From Monocercomonoides exilis PA203 (lineage: Eukaryota; Protista; Preaxostyla): a stretch of DNA of 64,000 nt. Where the stretch lies: positions 992,001-1,056,000 of the forward strand of contig LSRY02000014.1 in assembly GCA_001643675.2 (NCBI GenBank). The letters run 5' to 3'. Below are positions 1-11,730 of the stretch, one piece after another; positions within the stretch are counted from its first letter, which is position 1; the number at the start of each line of letters is the position of its first letter. Made by a program: the position numbers and the translations under genes. The notes beneath the pieces were generated by a model. That model made no database searches and was not told the DNA's origin. It saw only the letters and a list, made by a program, of their open reading frames with translations.

Positions 1-1651
1 GAAGAATATTCACTGTTCCCTCTGCTCCTTTCTCAATCATGTTGAATGCCTGCTCAATCGTGTTGCATGGGCTGGCCTGTGTTGTTCCACAGACTGGTCC
101 TGCAATTCCATCTGAACTGGCATATGTTGTTTTGATTGTTGGAAGCCATATATCGTAATCTGTTTGGCTTCCGTTGTAATACACTCTTTTTGCTGATGTT
201 GTTGAGAACGATGACTCAAATGGAGAACAATTGAGAAGCAAGAAGATTATCTTAATATCATTGCCTTCTCCACATGTAGCTATATTCTTGGTGAATAAAC
301 AAAATGATATAAAATTTGGAAATGGATTATTTTCAATCCAATCCAATGTTCTCAAAAGGATTCCTCCACCTCCACTTTCAACAACCTGCTCAATAGTTCC
401 ATTTGCAACATTTCCATCAAATTGACACTCAGTGATTGCGCAAGGATTTGATAACCCCTGCAAGTATATCCCTCCGCCATAAATAGCAGCTTCATTTTCA
501 ATAAATTTGCATTTTTCAATTATTTCATTCAAACTTCCAGATAGCTGATAAATATATAATCCTCCACCAATATTTGAAGCAATGCATTTACAAAAGACAC
601 ACTCAGAAATGAAATAGTCTCCATTTAACTCATATATAAGCAACCCTCCTGCATTACCATTTGATATGCAATTTGAAAAATTGCATTCTGATATTTTCGC
701 TCCAGCTGAATAATAAATATCAACAGCCCCATCACCTAAATGACTCATATTGATAAAAGTACATTTTTTGCACTCAAGAGTTGAATTTCCATACAAAAAA
801 ATAGCACTTCCACGTAATTCATCATAAATGTTATTCCATTCACAATCAGTGAAAGAATGTGTTTCATTAGCTCCCAGTTCCTGCCTTGTCATGTTGCGTC
901 CTCCTGATTCATTAACATTCGTCGTTCGAAAGCAGCACTCAAATGAGGAGTTTCTTGCTCTCAACGATGCACATGGACTGTTCACCGACCTTGCTATGCC
1001 CCCATCAAACACATCCCAAACTCTGAAAAAAGAGCAGCCCTCAATCATTGTTTCTGTTCTTGCTCTCAAATTCATTTCTCTTTGTGCATCGGAAGCAACA
1101 GAAATGTTCGCCATCATCAAATGAGATGCTTTCACATTGCAACTAACATTCGGCGCTAAAAATGGTACTGACATCAGTTCATATGATGAAAACAAAGAAT
1201 CGGAAAGGATGATTTCTCCAATTCTATTTTTTAAGTTCTTTGGCAAGGACGAGCAAAAAAGTCTGGGAATATGAGCAAATGGCTTGAATGTGAAGATAGA
1301 AAGATTCGCAGAATGGATGCTTCCTTCATCAAGAGCAAATGGGCTATTTTTGGATGAAAATGAAATTGTATATTCTTTGATGTTTAATTTTCCTCCCTTG
1401 CAAACAAAAAAACATGATTTTCTTTCGGAATGCCACTGCATAATATTTGAGGCGCTCAGAGATGAATTTATCACTTGAAGAGTCGAGAGAATTGAACAAC
1501 GTTGAAGAATTTGCTGCGCTCTGAAATTATTGTTGAACTGTTGTAATTGCAGCATAACTGTTGCATCCAATTGGTTTATTTCTTTGCCAAATGCTTCTTT
1601 TGAGCTAAAAATGGCAAAGCAGCTTGCAACAATCACAAATAACAGATTCAT
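1..1651 (-). CDS. Secreted/surface right-handed parallel beta-helix (pectin-lyase-like, GG[AG]I-repeat) protein, 3' end outside window
   Basis: Manual translation from ATG at 1651 gives MNLLFVIVASCFAIFSSKEAFG (signal-peptide-like). The segments I translated are open and contain C-x-F-xx-C...GG[GA][LI]YI repeats (ISECVFCKCIASNIGGGLYIYQL; ENEAAIYGGGIYLQG; GCSFFRVWDVFDGGI). It is absent from the ORF track, consistent with no stop before position 1. Confidence 0.8.
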   Translation of the reverse strand, partial: MNLLFVIVASCFAIFSSKEAFGKEINQLDATVMLQLQQFNNNFRAQQILQRCSILSTLQVINSSLSASNIMQWHSERKSCFFVCKGGKLNIKEYTISFSSKNSPFALDEGSIHSANLSIFTFKPFAHIPRLFCSSLPKNLKNRIGEIILSDSLFSSYELMSVPFLAPNVSCNVKASHLMMANISVASDAQREMNLRARTETMIEGCSFFRVWDVFDGGIARSVNSPCASLRARNSSFECCFRTTNVNESGGRNMTRQELGANETHSFTDCEWNNIYDELRGSAIFLYGNSTLECKKCTFINMSHLGDGAVDIYYSAGAKISECNFSNCISNGNAGGLLIYELNGDYFISECVFCKCIASNIGGGLYIYQLSGSLNEIIEKCKFIENEAAIYGGGIYLQGLSNPCAITECQFDGNVANGTIEQVVESGGGGILLRTLDWIENNPFPNFISFCLFTKNIATCGEGNDIKIIFLLLNCSPFESSFSTTSAKRVYYNGSQTDYDIWLPTIKTTYASSDGIAGPVCGTTQASPCNTIEQAFNMIEKGAEGTVNIL

Positions 1652-2829
1652 TATTGAGCTGTGATGCGATTGGCTTTTTTGAAGAAAATGACAATGCGCA
1701 GAAATATTTCAATATTCAATATGACCCGTATTATTTCTTGTAACTTCAAATCAATAAAAATTATGTATCGATATTTTTCTTTAAAAGCCATAGTTGCCAG
1801 CCACAGTTCCATGCTTAATTGCTTTTGTTGTGGTTGTTGAATATTTTATCTTACTCATTCTTTTTCTCTTATTTTTTTCAACGTTTGCTTTCAAAATATC
1901 AATATGATTTAAGAAATGATATATTTTCGCTTCTCAGAAAACGCTTTTCTGCTATTCAAGGAAATGTTGGACGCATTTATTTTTTCATTTTCTGAACAAT
2001 CTCTAATTGACTCAGTAATTTTGCTCTGTTGAATTCTATTCTGTATTGTTTTCTTTCCAAAACACCTCATATTTGCTAATCTCCTAAAGATATAAATCCA
2101 TATTCATGCATTTCGTTGTGAAAGCAAAGATCCTTGCGACTGCCTGATTTTCGGTGAAAGCATCAATAATTAAACAATCTTTTATTCTTCCATGCCTGTT
2201 GCAACGTTTCGCAAATATCCAAACAACTTCAATTCTGCAAATAAATATTTAAAGTTGTGAACCACAAAATTGCTTTTGAAAACCAATGAAGGATACTCAA
2301 CAGCAAAATAGTTGATTTAACCTTTTCACAAATTTCTTCATAAAGAAAGGCAGAAAACAGAAAATTTAATAGAATCTTGATGAAAATTTAAAAATGCTTG
2401 CATGTTATTATTTTCTAAATTAGATTGCAACCTCTAAATACGAAGGAACACAAAATAACAAATTATCTTTCAAACTGTATAGAAAGCCATAAAAAATTTA
2501 ATACTTGTAAAAATTTGATATTTTAATAAAAGTTTTGTAAGATATCACATTTTTCTTTTCGACTAAAGTTTGCCATATGAATTTAAATGCAAAACAATAA
2601 GATCATAACCCATCATTTATATCTTTGGAAATTTTTCGAAGATGTAATCACAACGAACGCACATTTCCCTTTAACCTTCTTTTCAACCACTCCTTTATTT
2701 CAAAAATTGCATATTTTCCCTAATAACTCATCATTTCTTTTTTTATGAAATAAATTACATGTTCTTTATCAGCCATTCTTTTCATATTTTTAATTCTAAT
2801 AATTTCTCAAATACAAATATTTTTAATAA

Positions 2830-5800
2830 CTATTTTTTATTCCTGAAACGAAGTGCTTCAAAAGTTTTGCAAAGTGAGTTTGCGGAATGAAAAATCTCTT
2901 TTCCTACATCATGAAATGAAGCTTCACTCACAAACGTTTTTAAAGCTCTACCAATAATTGAAGAGCTTCCCATAACTACTGTTCCATACTCACCTTTCCC
3001 TTTTTCAGGCATTTGAAGCCCGACAAATGATTCTGCAGGAGGGCATGATTTAGGCAAAATGATCCTTCCCGTGGTAACTTCTTCCAAAAACACTCCAACC
3101 TCTTTTAAGCAATCCAACATAATCCTCAACAGATCCAAAGAGAGAACTAAATACTTTTCTTTTCCCTTATCAAAGATCCCTTCATGTTCAGTCATTCTTA
3201 TTTCTGCTGAAAATAACCCCAACACTTTCAGTGCAAATCCTGGAAGTCTGCTGATGGCTTCCTCCCTTACCCATGAAACTATTTCAGGTTTTTCTTTTCC
3301 TACCATCACAAGCAGTTTTATCATTTCTAGCACGATTTTCACTGGTGTTTTTCGTTTCTTCTTTTCTTTCTGTAATTCCTGCAACTTGAATTCAGAACTC
3401 AAATTTTCGCATTCCTCACACTCCAGCCCTAGCAGCCACGAATGAACAGGTGTATCTACACTCAACGCAACATAAATCGCAAAAGAAAATATCGTCGGCC
3501 TAAATAGATGCTCAGCAAGAGTGAATGTGAAATTCTCACAGCACCACCCAAGCACCTCTATTGCATCCATTAAGCTTGCTTCTCCAATGCTTCGAGAACT
3601 GCTTCGCCGCGGCAACGAGCATAACATTTCAGAAAGTTCTCGGCTGAAAGGAGTCAAAGGAGAATGAACCTTCACGACTGATAAATTATCATTTCCTTTT
3701 GTTCCTCCTCCGGTTGATTGAGAAATTCTGATTGGCTGAATAGATCCAATAACTTTCAGAACCTCACCAAGTCTTCCATTGCCAATGCAATATTCAAGAA
3801 AATACTGAAGCAACTTTTCAACTATTTCTGATCCTGCCGTTGCATGTCTCAATGCTGATACTCCTGCCAGTCGAAGAACGCTCGTTGGCGCAAATGCATT
3901 AATAAGCTGGCCCATAAGCACTCCTGCATTTTCTTGAAGCGCACTATGAGATTTTGTATCAGTCCATATTCTACCATTTTGCTGAAGAACATACAACAGA
4001 AGGGTATCTTTCGCTGTTTCCTCTCTTTGAATGCAGACATTTTCATTTTTCTGTTCTTCATTTTTCGAAAAACTCATTAACTTTTTTGCAAGCTCAATCT
4101 GGAGAGAATCTCGAAACGCACCAAACCATTTTATCAAGCAGACGCTCACTTGAACCCCTGCTGTCCCCAACATCGAGCCAATTAAATGTAAGGCAGACCC
4201 AACAAGTGGGCCGAAGCTGGAGAATAAAAGCGTATATACAGAAGTTAGCAGTAAACGAAGAGATTTAATGTACTTTCCTTTCATATGCACTTCCTTTTTT
4301 GCTTCTTCTTCAATCTTTTCTCCTGATATAAATGATCTCCACATATCATTAACTTTGACCTTTAAAATTAAGTTTGACGCTTCAATTTCTTCTCTTTTTG
4401 TTTCAAAATATGCCAGCAATTCTCGCATTAAGCAACCAATCCTGTCACTTACGGTTATAATCTTCTGTGATCCCTTTAAAGGCAGTCCAAAATGAAATGC
4501 TTCCTCTTCATTAAGTTTTGCGCTTGCTCCTTTTGATATTTTGTACTCTTCAACTGTTAAAGGAGAATCAGACATTTGCAAATATCTTCGAATGGGTATA
4601 GAAAGCAACCTCGTTCCAATCACTTCCAAATATGAAGCAAAAGATTCAACAAAATATCTTGTTACAAGTGTGCCACCTTCTTGTACTTGCATCTTTGTAA
4701 TTCGGACATTCCCTTCTTTATTTAGTATTTCGGTGGAATCTTTTGAACTGATGTCTCTGACAGAAGAATTTGTCTCTTGCTGCTTTTTAGAAGTTTTTGC
4801 TTGCGACAGTGTGTCGGCAGATTCTATTAGAAAACGAGAGGTCAATACATACAGCATCTGAGAGATAAATTCCGAAAAAGGTGGAAGATCTGGCACAAGA
4901 GATGGAAATGGAGATTTTTCTATTCCAGAGATAGAAATTTTGTAGGCAAATTTATCCAAATTAAAATGCGCTTCAAATTGACTTTTTGCAGCCTTTGCTA
5001 ATATTTCTATTTTTTCATATAATTCAAAATTTATAAGCTCACTTAATTCAACTGCAGAAATTAAATCTATTAATGAGTTCTGAAAAATAAGATTATCAGG
5101 ACTGTTTAAGAATTTACTGTCAGAGAAATGAAACTCGTTTTTGCATTCCTGAGAACTTTTTTTGTTGGATGTATCAATCTTTTGTTCCAGTGCACGCTTT
5201 AATGAACGCAAAAGTGTTCTCTTGGATGGCCCTTGATCTTCATCAGCTAAAAAGGATTTCACAGAGCAAAGGCAATAAATTAGTTCCGGTACATTAGCTT
5301 TCATAAAAGCACGAACTTTTCGCTTTTCATCTTTATTTTGTTCATTAATCTCTTGTTGATTTTGTAAAGGTGTAATGACCGAAGGATAAGCGATAAATGC
5401 CATTGCAAAAAAAGACGGAAGTAACGCCAACATCTTCTGCATCTCCATCTCAATTTCATTCAATAATAAATCTTTTCTCGAGATGTTTCCTATTCCGGTT
5501 GAAACATGATTCCGCCATTTATTCAATCCATTTAATGAAAAAGAAGAAGAAAATAGTTGATCTGTTGTAGAAATTTGAACTCCCGATTCATTTTCGGTTT
5601 TATTTGTATCAGCCAAAAGCATGTAAATTGTTGACATGGCATCTATAAAATTGAACAAAAAGAGAACAAGAGACAATAGCGAGCACATCCCATTAAAGGC
5701 CAACCAAATTACTTCTGATGGTCTGTTGAATATAAATATTAGCGCATTTAACACCAAAAAGAATTGATCACTCATCAAAGGGAGCAGATGATATAGAAAA

Positions 5801-8775
5801 TCCTGCCATTCATTTTCAATCAGAATGCCTTCAGTTAAAAACGAAGTCAATAAATGTAATGTTTGAAGAGAACAACTTGCGAAAATTAAAAGAAGTTCTT
5901 TTGACGTTGTTCTTTCGTGCTTATCATCAAGGAATTCGAATTCTGCAGCGAAGTGGCATCCGTCGCAAGAGCTGCATAAATCTAATGTGAAAAAGTTTCT
6001 GCTCAGTCGATTGCTCTCTTTCCAAAGTTTATGATCTGACCATTTGTTCTCTTCTAATGCAGAAGCCTTTAATATTAAACTCAAGAATCTTACTTCCTTT
6101 AGAGCCATTATCATTTCTTCTTGCATCTCTGCAATTGACATTGTTTCTGCATTCAAATTGAATTCACAATCTGAATTTTTTATTTTATTTTCTTTGCCAT
6201 TTGACGGAATTCTTTTGTTCTCCAAAAAATTAACAGTCTCACTTACCATAGAGAGGAAGTAACATATAAGATTAACGATAATTCTTTCATCATTCAATGT
6301 TTGTGTCGCTTCATCATTCGGAATAGCCTTATTTCCTGTTTGGTTGGCATCTAAGATTTTCGTCTTTGTTGCATTTAGATTGACGTATTGCTTTGACAAA
6401 AGATTAATTACAGAAGTTAACACACTTCTTCTGAATGATACACACAGACGATGCAAAAAGAATTGCTTTGGAAAGTCTTGCTCCATTGTTGTCTGTGAAG
6501 GTGACAATAAATTACAAATTAAAAATAAAAGCAGATTCCGTTTTTCATCAGAAAAGCATAAAGAATTAGTAATCCTCAGCGTAAATTTAAATGTTTCTCC
6601 TCCTTTTATGGAACTCTCATCAAAAGAGTTGCATTCATCTGACTTCCAATAGAAAAGAAGATTATCTAATTTTTCTGCGAAATTTTTATTTGCTTCTAAA
6701 TCATTTATAATTCTAAAGTCGCTTTGAATAACAAAATTCTGAAGCAATAGAATAAGAATACGCTTAACATCTTCGGGTTGCAGAATATCTCTATTTGATT
6801 TTAATGCACTTTCATTAAAAAGCCATATCATTGAAATTCTTGGAAATATTCTATCCATCCAGATCTGCTCCATGCGCTGAATCCATTTATCGCAATGCAT
6901 GCTATTCCTAAAGTTTGCGCTCCTCAAAAATGGATTTTCTGAATCAATAATTGAAGAGTCACTTAAAGTCAAATCAACTTTTTGTAATCTATGGCGTTTT
7001 TGATGTGTAAATATCTCGTTTATAATAATATGAAGATTATTTGAAATAAACAAGATTACAGAGTTCGTCGATTCTCTATTTTTTCCTCCTAATTTACGCT
7101 TCTCGGAGGCATCTATTTCATCCTCTCGAATATATCCTAAGCTTATTGCTTTTTTAATACCTAGCTTTTCATTATGAGTATGCTCAATCGCATCATCAAA
7201 CGCTCCAATCACGATTTCTTTTTCATTTCCGCTCGCCTTCTCTTTTGGATCTTCTGATTTTGTTGAAAAATAAGCGTAGCTGCTATCAACAATTTGTTCA
7301 AAATAAAGCGTTCCACTCATCGTCATAAATTCCCAACAGCAAAGAGCCAATGGAGAAACCAATGGAAATGTGCAAAAAAGCACTGATAGTTCTTCGTGTT
7401 TTAAGGAAGAAAGCATTCTCATCGATTCGTTTGCTCTTCCTTCGCTTTCCCGTACATTTATACAGTGCGCAATCAGCAGTAGTACTTGTTCATATTGTTG
7501 TTCTACGAAATTAACTTCAACGCTCTCTTGATGATTAGTACTCGCTTCTCGAAGTGCAATGATCAACGAAATGATATTGATCACAATTTCAACAGGGGAT
7601 TCGACACCAAATCTGCTTATATCTTCAGCTGCAACATGGAATAAACACATAACGATAAGTGACTCCCTAATAGATTTATCTTTGAACAGTTCATTTTTTG
7701 AAGTTCCTTCCATCATCATCAAACACAATGGCATTATCGTGCTCAAGGCGCTAGAAGAATCAAGAATCGATTTTCCTTTAGCTTCAGCAGAAAATTTATT
7801 CAATAAGAATTCTAAAGTAATTGATATAACTTTACATATAAATGCTGGATTCATTTTAATTGCAAAGAATCGTGAATTATCTTTATTATTGAAAGTGTCA
7901 TCTTTTTCATAATGCACAATAAACGACCTTACCGAATCGATCAGAATTCTATCAAAATTGGCTTCCAATTCACTAACTGATCTTGCATATAGTAGTAATT
8001 CGTATGGAGATGGAAACAAAAGGATCGTTGCCCACAGACATTCTGAAGACTTAACAGTAATTTGTGCCTGCATCTGTATTAATTGTCGTTTAATAGCTTT
8101 GGAAAATTCTTTTAACATGTAATCTGGAGAATCATCTGACTTTATTGTTCTGCAAAAGAAGTCAACATAGCACAAAATCGAAAAATAAGACATATGAGTA
8201 ATTATTATACGAGTGACGTTGTCTTGAAATTCTTGAATCTGCTCTGATTCGTCTTTATTTCCAATGAAATCAACGGGAATGCACAATGTTAAGATCTCTT
8301 TAATGCCGCAATCAAACAGTCTTTCCCATGGTATGTTCATGAGCACGCTATACAGCTTGAATGCTTTTTGCGAAAAAGTTGATTTAGAAAACCATTTTTC
8401 TCGCAGCTGATGCCTTGCGTTTCTTATCCATTCAGTAATTGCAGTCTCATCCGATGAAAAAGGTAAATTAGAGATTATTGCTTCTCCAAATTTAATGCTT
8501 TCCATTAGCACTTCTATCCATCTTAAAAGCTCCGACAAAAGTTCACATTGTTCAATGAAATTCAAATGTCTAAAACATTGAAAGTGTTCAATAAATAAAC
8601 GACAAATTGGATTCAATTCTTCGCTTCCCAAATGTTTCAAAGTATTTATGTTAAAGTTATCTCCACAAATCCGAATGTTCTCCAAAAATGTGCGAGAAGA
8701 AGCATTTAAAGTTAAAGATTCAAAAACTTCGTCTGAAGTTGTAACATATCTGCAATTTTTTTGCATTGTTATCAC
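2830..8775 (-). CDS. Large hypothetical protein (~1980 aa), probably an alpha-helical solenoid
   Basis: 5.9-kb uninterrupted ORF in AT-rich DNA with Leu/Ile/Phe-rich helical composition. First ATG is at 8766; an upstream exon is possible (TTAG acceptor-like site near 8775). No recognisable motif. Confidence 0.75.
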   Translation of the reverse strand: MITMQKNCRYVTTSDEVFESLTLNASSRTFLENIRICGDNFNINTLKHLGSEELNPICRLFIEHFQCFRHLNFIEQCELLSELLRWIEVLMESIKFGEAIISNLPFSSDETAITEWIRNARHQLREKWFSKSTFSQKAFKLYSVLMNIPWERLFDCGIKEILTLCIPVDFIGNKDESEQIQEFQDNVTRIIITHMSYFSILCYVDFFCRTIKSDDSPDYMLKEFSKAIKRQLIQMQAQITVKSSECLWATILLFPSPYELLLYARSVSELEANFDRILIDSVRSFIVHYEKDDTFNNKDNSRFFAIKMNPAFICKVISITLEFLLNKFSAEAKGKSILDSSSALSTIMPLCLMMMEGTSKNELFKDKSIRESLIVMCLFHVAAEDISRFGVESPVEIVINIISLIIALREASTNHQESVEVNFVEQQYEQVLLLIAHCINVRESEGRANESMRMLSSLKHEELSVLFCTFPLVSPLALCCWEFMTMSGTLYFEQIVDSSYAYFSTKSEDPKEKASGNEKEIVIGAFDDAIEHTHNEKLGIKKAISLGYIREDEIDASEKRKLGGKNRESTNSVILFISNNLHIIINEIFTHQKRHRLQKVDLTLSDSSIIDSENPFLRSANFRNSMHCDKWIQRMEQIWMDRIFPRISMIWLFNESALKSNRDILQPEDVKRILILLLQNFVIQSDFRIINDLEANKNFAEKLDNLLFYWKSDECNSFDESSIKGGETFKFTLRITNSLCFSDEKRNLLLFLICNLLSPSQTTMEQDFPKQFFLHRLCVSFRRSVLTSVINLLSKQYVNLNATKTKILDANQTGNKAIPNDEATQTLNDERIIVNLICYFLSMVSETVNFLENKRIPSNGKENKIKNSDCEFNLNAETMSIAEMQEEMIMALKEVRFLSLILKASALEENKWSDHKLWKESNRLSRNFFTLDLCSSCDGCHFAAEFEFLDDKHERTTSKELLLIFASCSLQTLHLLTSFLTEGILIENEWQDFLYHLLPLMSDQFFLVLNALIFIFNRPSEVIWLAFNGMCSLLSLVLFLFNFIDAMSTIYMLLADTNKTENESGVQISTTDQLFSSSFSLNGLNKWRNHVSTGIGNISRKDLLLNEIEMEMQKMLALLPSFFAMAFIAYPSVITPLQNQQEINEQNKDEKRKVRAFMKANVPELIYCLCSVKSFLADEDQGPSKRTLLRSLKRALEQKIDTSNKKSSQECKNEFHFSDSKFLNSPDNLIFQNSLIDLISAVELSELINFELYEKIEILAKAAKSQFEAHFNLDKFAYKISISGIEKSPFPSLVPDLPPFSEFISQMLYVLTSRFLIESADTLSQAKTSKKQQETNSSVRDISSKDSTEILNKEGNVRITKMQVQEGGTLVTRYFVESFASYLEVIGTRLLSIPIRRYLQMSDSPLTVEEYKISKGASAKLNEEEAFHFGLPLKGSQKIITVSDRIGCLMRELLAYFETKREEIEASNLILKVKVNDMWRSFISGEKIEEEAKKEVHMKGKYIKSLRLLLTSVYTLLFSSFGPLVGSALHLIGSMLGTAGVQVSVCLIKWFGAFRDSLQIELAKKLMSFSKNEEQKNENVCIQREETAKDTLLLYVLQQNGRIWTDTKSHSALQENAGVLMGQLINAFAPTSVLRLAGVSALRHATAGSEIVEKLLQYFLEYCIGNGRLGEVLKVIGSIQPIRISQSTGGGTKGNDNLSVVKVHSPLTPFSRELSEMLCSLPRRSSSRSIGEASLMDAIEVLGWCCENFTFTLAEHLFRPTIFSFAIYVALSVDTPVHSWLLGLECEECENLSSEFKLQELQKEKKKRKTPVKIVLEMIKLLVMVGKEKPEIVSWVREEAISRLPGFALKVLGLFSAEIRMTEHEGIFDKGKEKYLVLSLDLLRIMLDCLKEVGVFLEEVTTGRIILPKSCPPAESFVGLQMPEKGKGEYGTVVMGSSSIIGRALKTFVSEASFHDVGKEIFHSANSLCKTFEALRFRNKK

Positions 8776-9180
8776 TAATAAATGTGTAAAGAAAACAGGT
8801 TAAGTGTATTTCAAATGTTGCTTTTATTAAGCTCAAAAAATCTCCTCCATTTAATTAGGGAGAAATATATGGGACATTATTCTATAAACATGTTGATGAC
8901 ATTTCAATTATTGTTTTTTGACATTGGAATATAAATCAATGTGTCGATTGTTATTAATATGAATTATTGATTCACAGCATGAATTCTCAGTTTTATTTGT
9001 TAACATCAAAAAATTATTTTTCTTCGTTGAAACTGACAATCATTTCCTCATTATAACTTCAAGTCAAATCTTATTGACTTTGCTTTCCTTTTTACGAAAT
9101 GGTTAAAAATTAAAAATACAATGAAAAAATGAAATGGTGATATTTCAATGAAGTGATTAATATTTTTTGTGCAATAAATC

Positions 9181-10155
9181 TTAATATATTGGCCCGTCGT
9201 CATCTCCATCATCTCCATCATCAACATCATCTCCGAACTCATCTCCGATTTCCATGCCCCCGTCAGCATACTGAAATATCTGATAATCTCCTTCATCGTC
9301 TAAAGACTAATAAATCATCAAAAATAAAATAAAATAAAATGTATGAATCATTAAAATTCAACAACATCAACAAGTCACAGATATTATCATCATTTTTTTT
9401 AAAAATAAGAAGAAAAGAAAATTAAGGAAACCTCTTCGTCATCTTCTTCATTTTGAGCATCGTCTTCATCTTCATCTTCGGGCTTTTTTTCTTTTTTTCT
9501 TTCATCATCGTCATCTTCTTCTTCATCCTCTTTTTCATTATCATTTTCTGTTGATATCATTTTAACTTTAGTCTTGCTTAATGAATCAAGCAAATCAGTT
9601 GATATTGATTGAGTTTTGCCTGATTTTCTTGTAATAGTAGATGTTGCTGAAGCAGAGGATGCAGATTCATCTTAAAAAAATAATCGAAAAGATGAGTAAT
9701 GAAATCGTTATAGAAAAATATGTAAACCATTCTGAATTGCTAATTGAGTAGCCCCACTTTCAAGAGAAGCAGCTTTCACTTGCAATGCTGCAAGTTTTGC
9801 TGCAGTTATCGGGGGAAATTGTTTAGATAAAAGATCTTGTGGTAGAAGCTCTGCATTAAACATTTTTTCTCCTTCTGATATTGGATCTTGGAAGAAACAA
9901 ATTCTAAAATTCAAAATATGACATAATCTTACCATTTGTCACAAGCGAGTATTGATCAACTTTTGTGCAAATTGCTTGCTCTTCTCTATTGATTGGTGAA
10001 GGGATTAAAATTACACGCACCTTCAATCCAAGAAAGAATAAAAAATCAAAAGTTTAAAAATAAATGTTGAATTTTTATACAGGATATGTTTTAGGTATTT
10101 TAACTTCATCTATCTGTGATTTTGGAGTACGATATGGCCTTTTTCCACGATGCAT
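9181..10155 (-). CDS. RPC31: RNA polymerase III subunit RPC7/Rpc31-like protein (spliced, 4 introns)
   Basis: The spliced model starts MHRGKRPYRTPKSQIDEVKIPKTYP and has a basic N-terminus and central ELLPQDL. It ends in a very acidic tail, DEGDYQIFQYADGGMEIGDEFGDDVDDGDDGDDDGPIY*, matching the C31/RPC7 pattern (DY..YF..G...acidic...terminal aromatic residue). All introns are GT-AG. Confidence 0.65.
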
Positions 10156-10329
10156 AAAATACTATTCAATATTGTTCACAAAAATCAACAATAAACAAAT
10201 AGTGAAAAAATATACTGGGAATTTCTGAACAATTATTCAAAAAAATTCTTTTGGAATAACAAAGCAGATGATATTTTTTTGGATAAACACTTATGAAAAA
10301 ATAACCCATATTTAATTTGTGTTGAGACA

Positions 10330-11396
10330 ATGCCAGTTTTTGCAAATTTGGATTTGTTTATGCATTTGTTTTGGAGTGGCTCGAGGCCTGGCCAACGAAT
10401 ATCATTATTTAGCGTTATCTTACGAATTTTCCTATGGGGATTAAGTTAGTTTTTTGATTAAGTAGAATTATTTTATTTTCTCCGTTTTTATCTTTTATGA
10501 AGTTTCTTATTATTTAATAAACATAGCAATATCAATAATAGAAGATATCTCTTACGTTCAAGATATTAGGTTTTGTTGCCACGCGATTTGATTTTTTTTT
10601 TAAAAAATTCATTCTGTGTTTCAACAGGCATAACTACTTGAAAACAACATGCACTCTCAGGAATTATTCTAACAGCACAATAGCTGTTCCATATCAAGAT
10701 AGTTTGAGAAGTTCTATTTTCTTCGCTTTTATTCAAATATTTTTTTTTTTATTTTCGAATTGTGAGATCTAAGTCAAGGAAGTTGCGCTCATTTCTTTGA
10801 TGTAACGTTTCCCGCAACTCAACAAAAAAATGCAAGTGAAAACAATTTAACTGCGACAATTTCTGATTTAACGTTTGTTTTGTCGTCCGAATCGTATTTA
10901 TCTAACTATCTTTTTTGTCAGATATGGAACATGCACCATGAAATCTCGACGGCATTCTCATTGGAAAGAATCACGCATTGCTGATGGTCAAAAAGCAGAA
11001 ACTCATGTCTGCTTTTATAATTCAGCAAATCCAACGCTTCTGCTACTCGCACTTCCTGAATCAAACATATTTTCAAATCTTCTTGTACTTGTTGCATTTC
11101 TTTCTCCGCCTGCACTTGTTTGGGGAGCAACGCTTTTTTATTTCGGATTTAAGCTTCTGAGAAAGTGGTTCCCCACATTGGGCGGTCCGCCAGCAGAAGA
11201 AGTTGTTGACGAAGTCGGAGCAGCAGCTGCTGCAGAAGGAGCCGAGGGAGCTGAGAACGGCGACATTGAACTTCAACAGATGGACAACGCAGATGAACCT
11301 GCTCAAAATGCTAACCAGCATTTGACTCCTGCCCAACTTCAGATGCAAGCACAGGGCTGGTTTGCAAATCCTCAAGCCCCTCAAAGGCACAGATAG
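10330..11396 (+). CDS. Two-transmembrane protein with a Cys-containing extracellular loop (spliced, ~4 introns)
   Basis: Spliced model: MPVFANLDFVILRIFLWGLTISII (TM1), then YLKTTCTLRNYS, GSCAHFFDVTF, YGTCTM and HVCFYNSANPTLLLL, then a hydrophobic TM2 and an acidic/Gln-rich tail. The last exon is the 3' part of ORF 10875..11396. Confidence 0.55.
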
Positions 11397-11677
11397 TTTT
11401 GATACACAAACATTCTTTACAAAATCTATCAATTTGTTAATTTCTCCGTTTATGCTGATTGTTTCTTTTGGCTTTGATGAAGAATGAACAAAAGTTTTAT
11501 TCAGGAGAAATGTTTTGTTGAACAAAAAGCTACCACTTTTTTAAAATGTTTCAATTATTATCTGAAGTTTGTCAACTTTCTGTTGTTTTGTCTGATTACA
11601 TTTCACTTCATTTCTGCTCTTCTTTCACTTCGTTCATCTTCTGTGTTATTTTGGGTTGACTCATTTCGCAATTATTC

Positions 11678-11678
<1 letters not shown>

Positions 11679-11725
<47 letters not shown>
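11679..11725. repeat. Poly-T tract (47 nt) between convergent genes
   Basis: Direct reading of the sequence. Confidence 0.95.
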
Positions 11726-11730
<5 letters not shown>

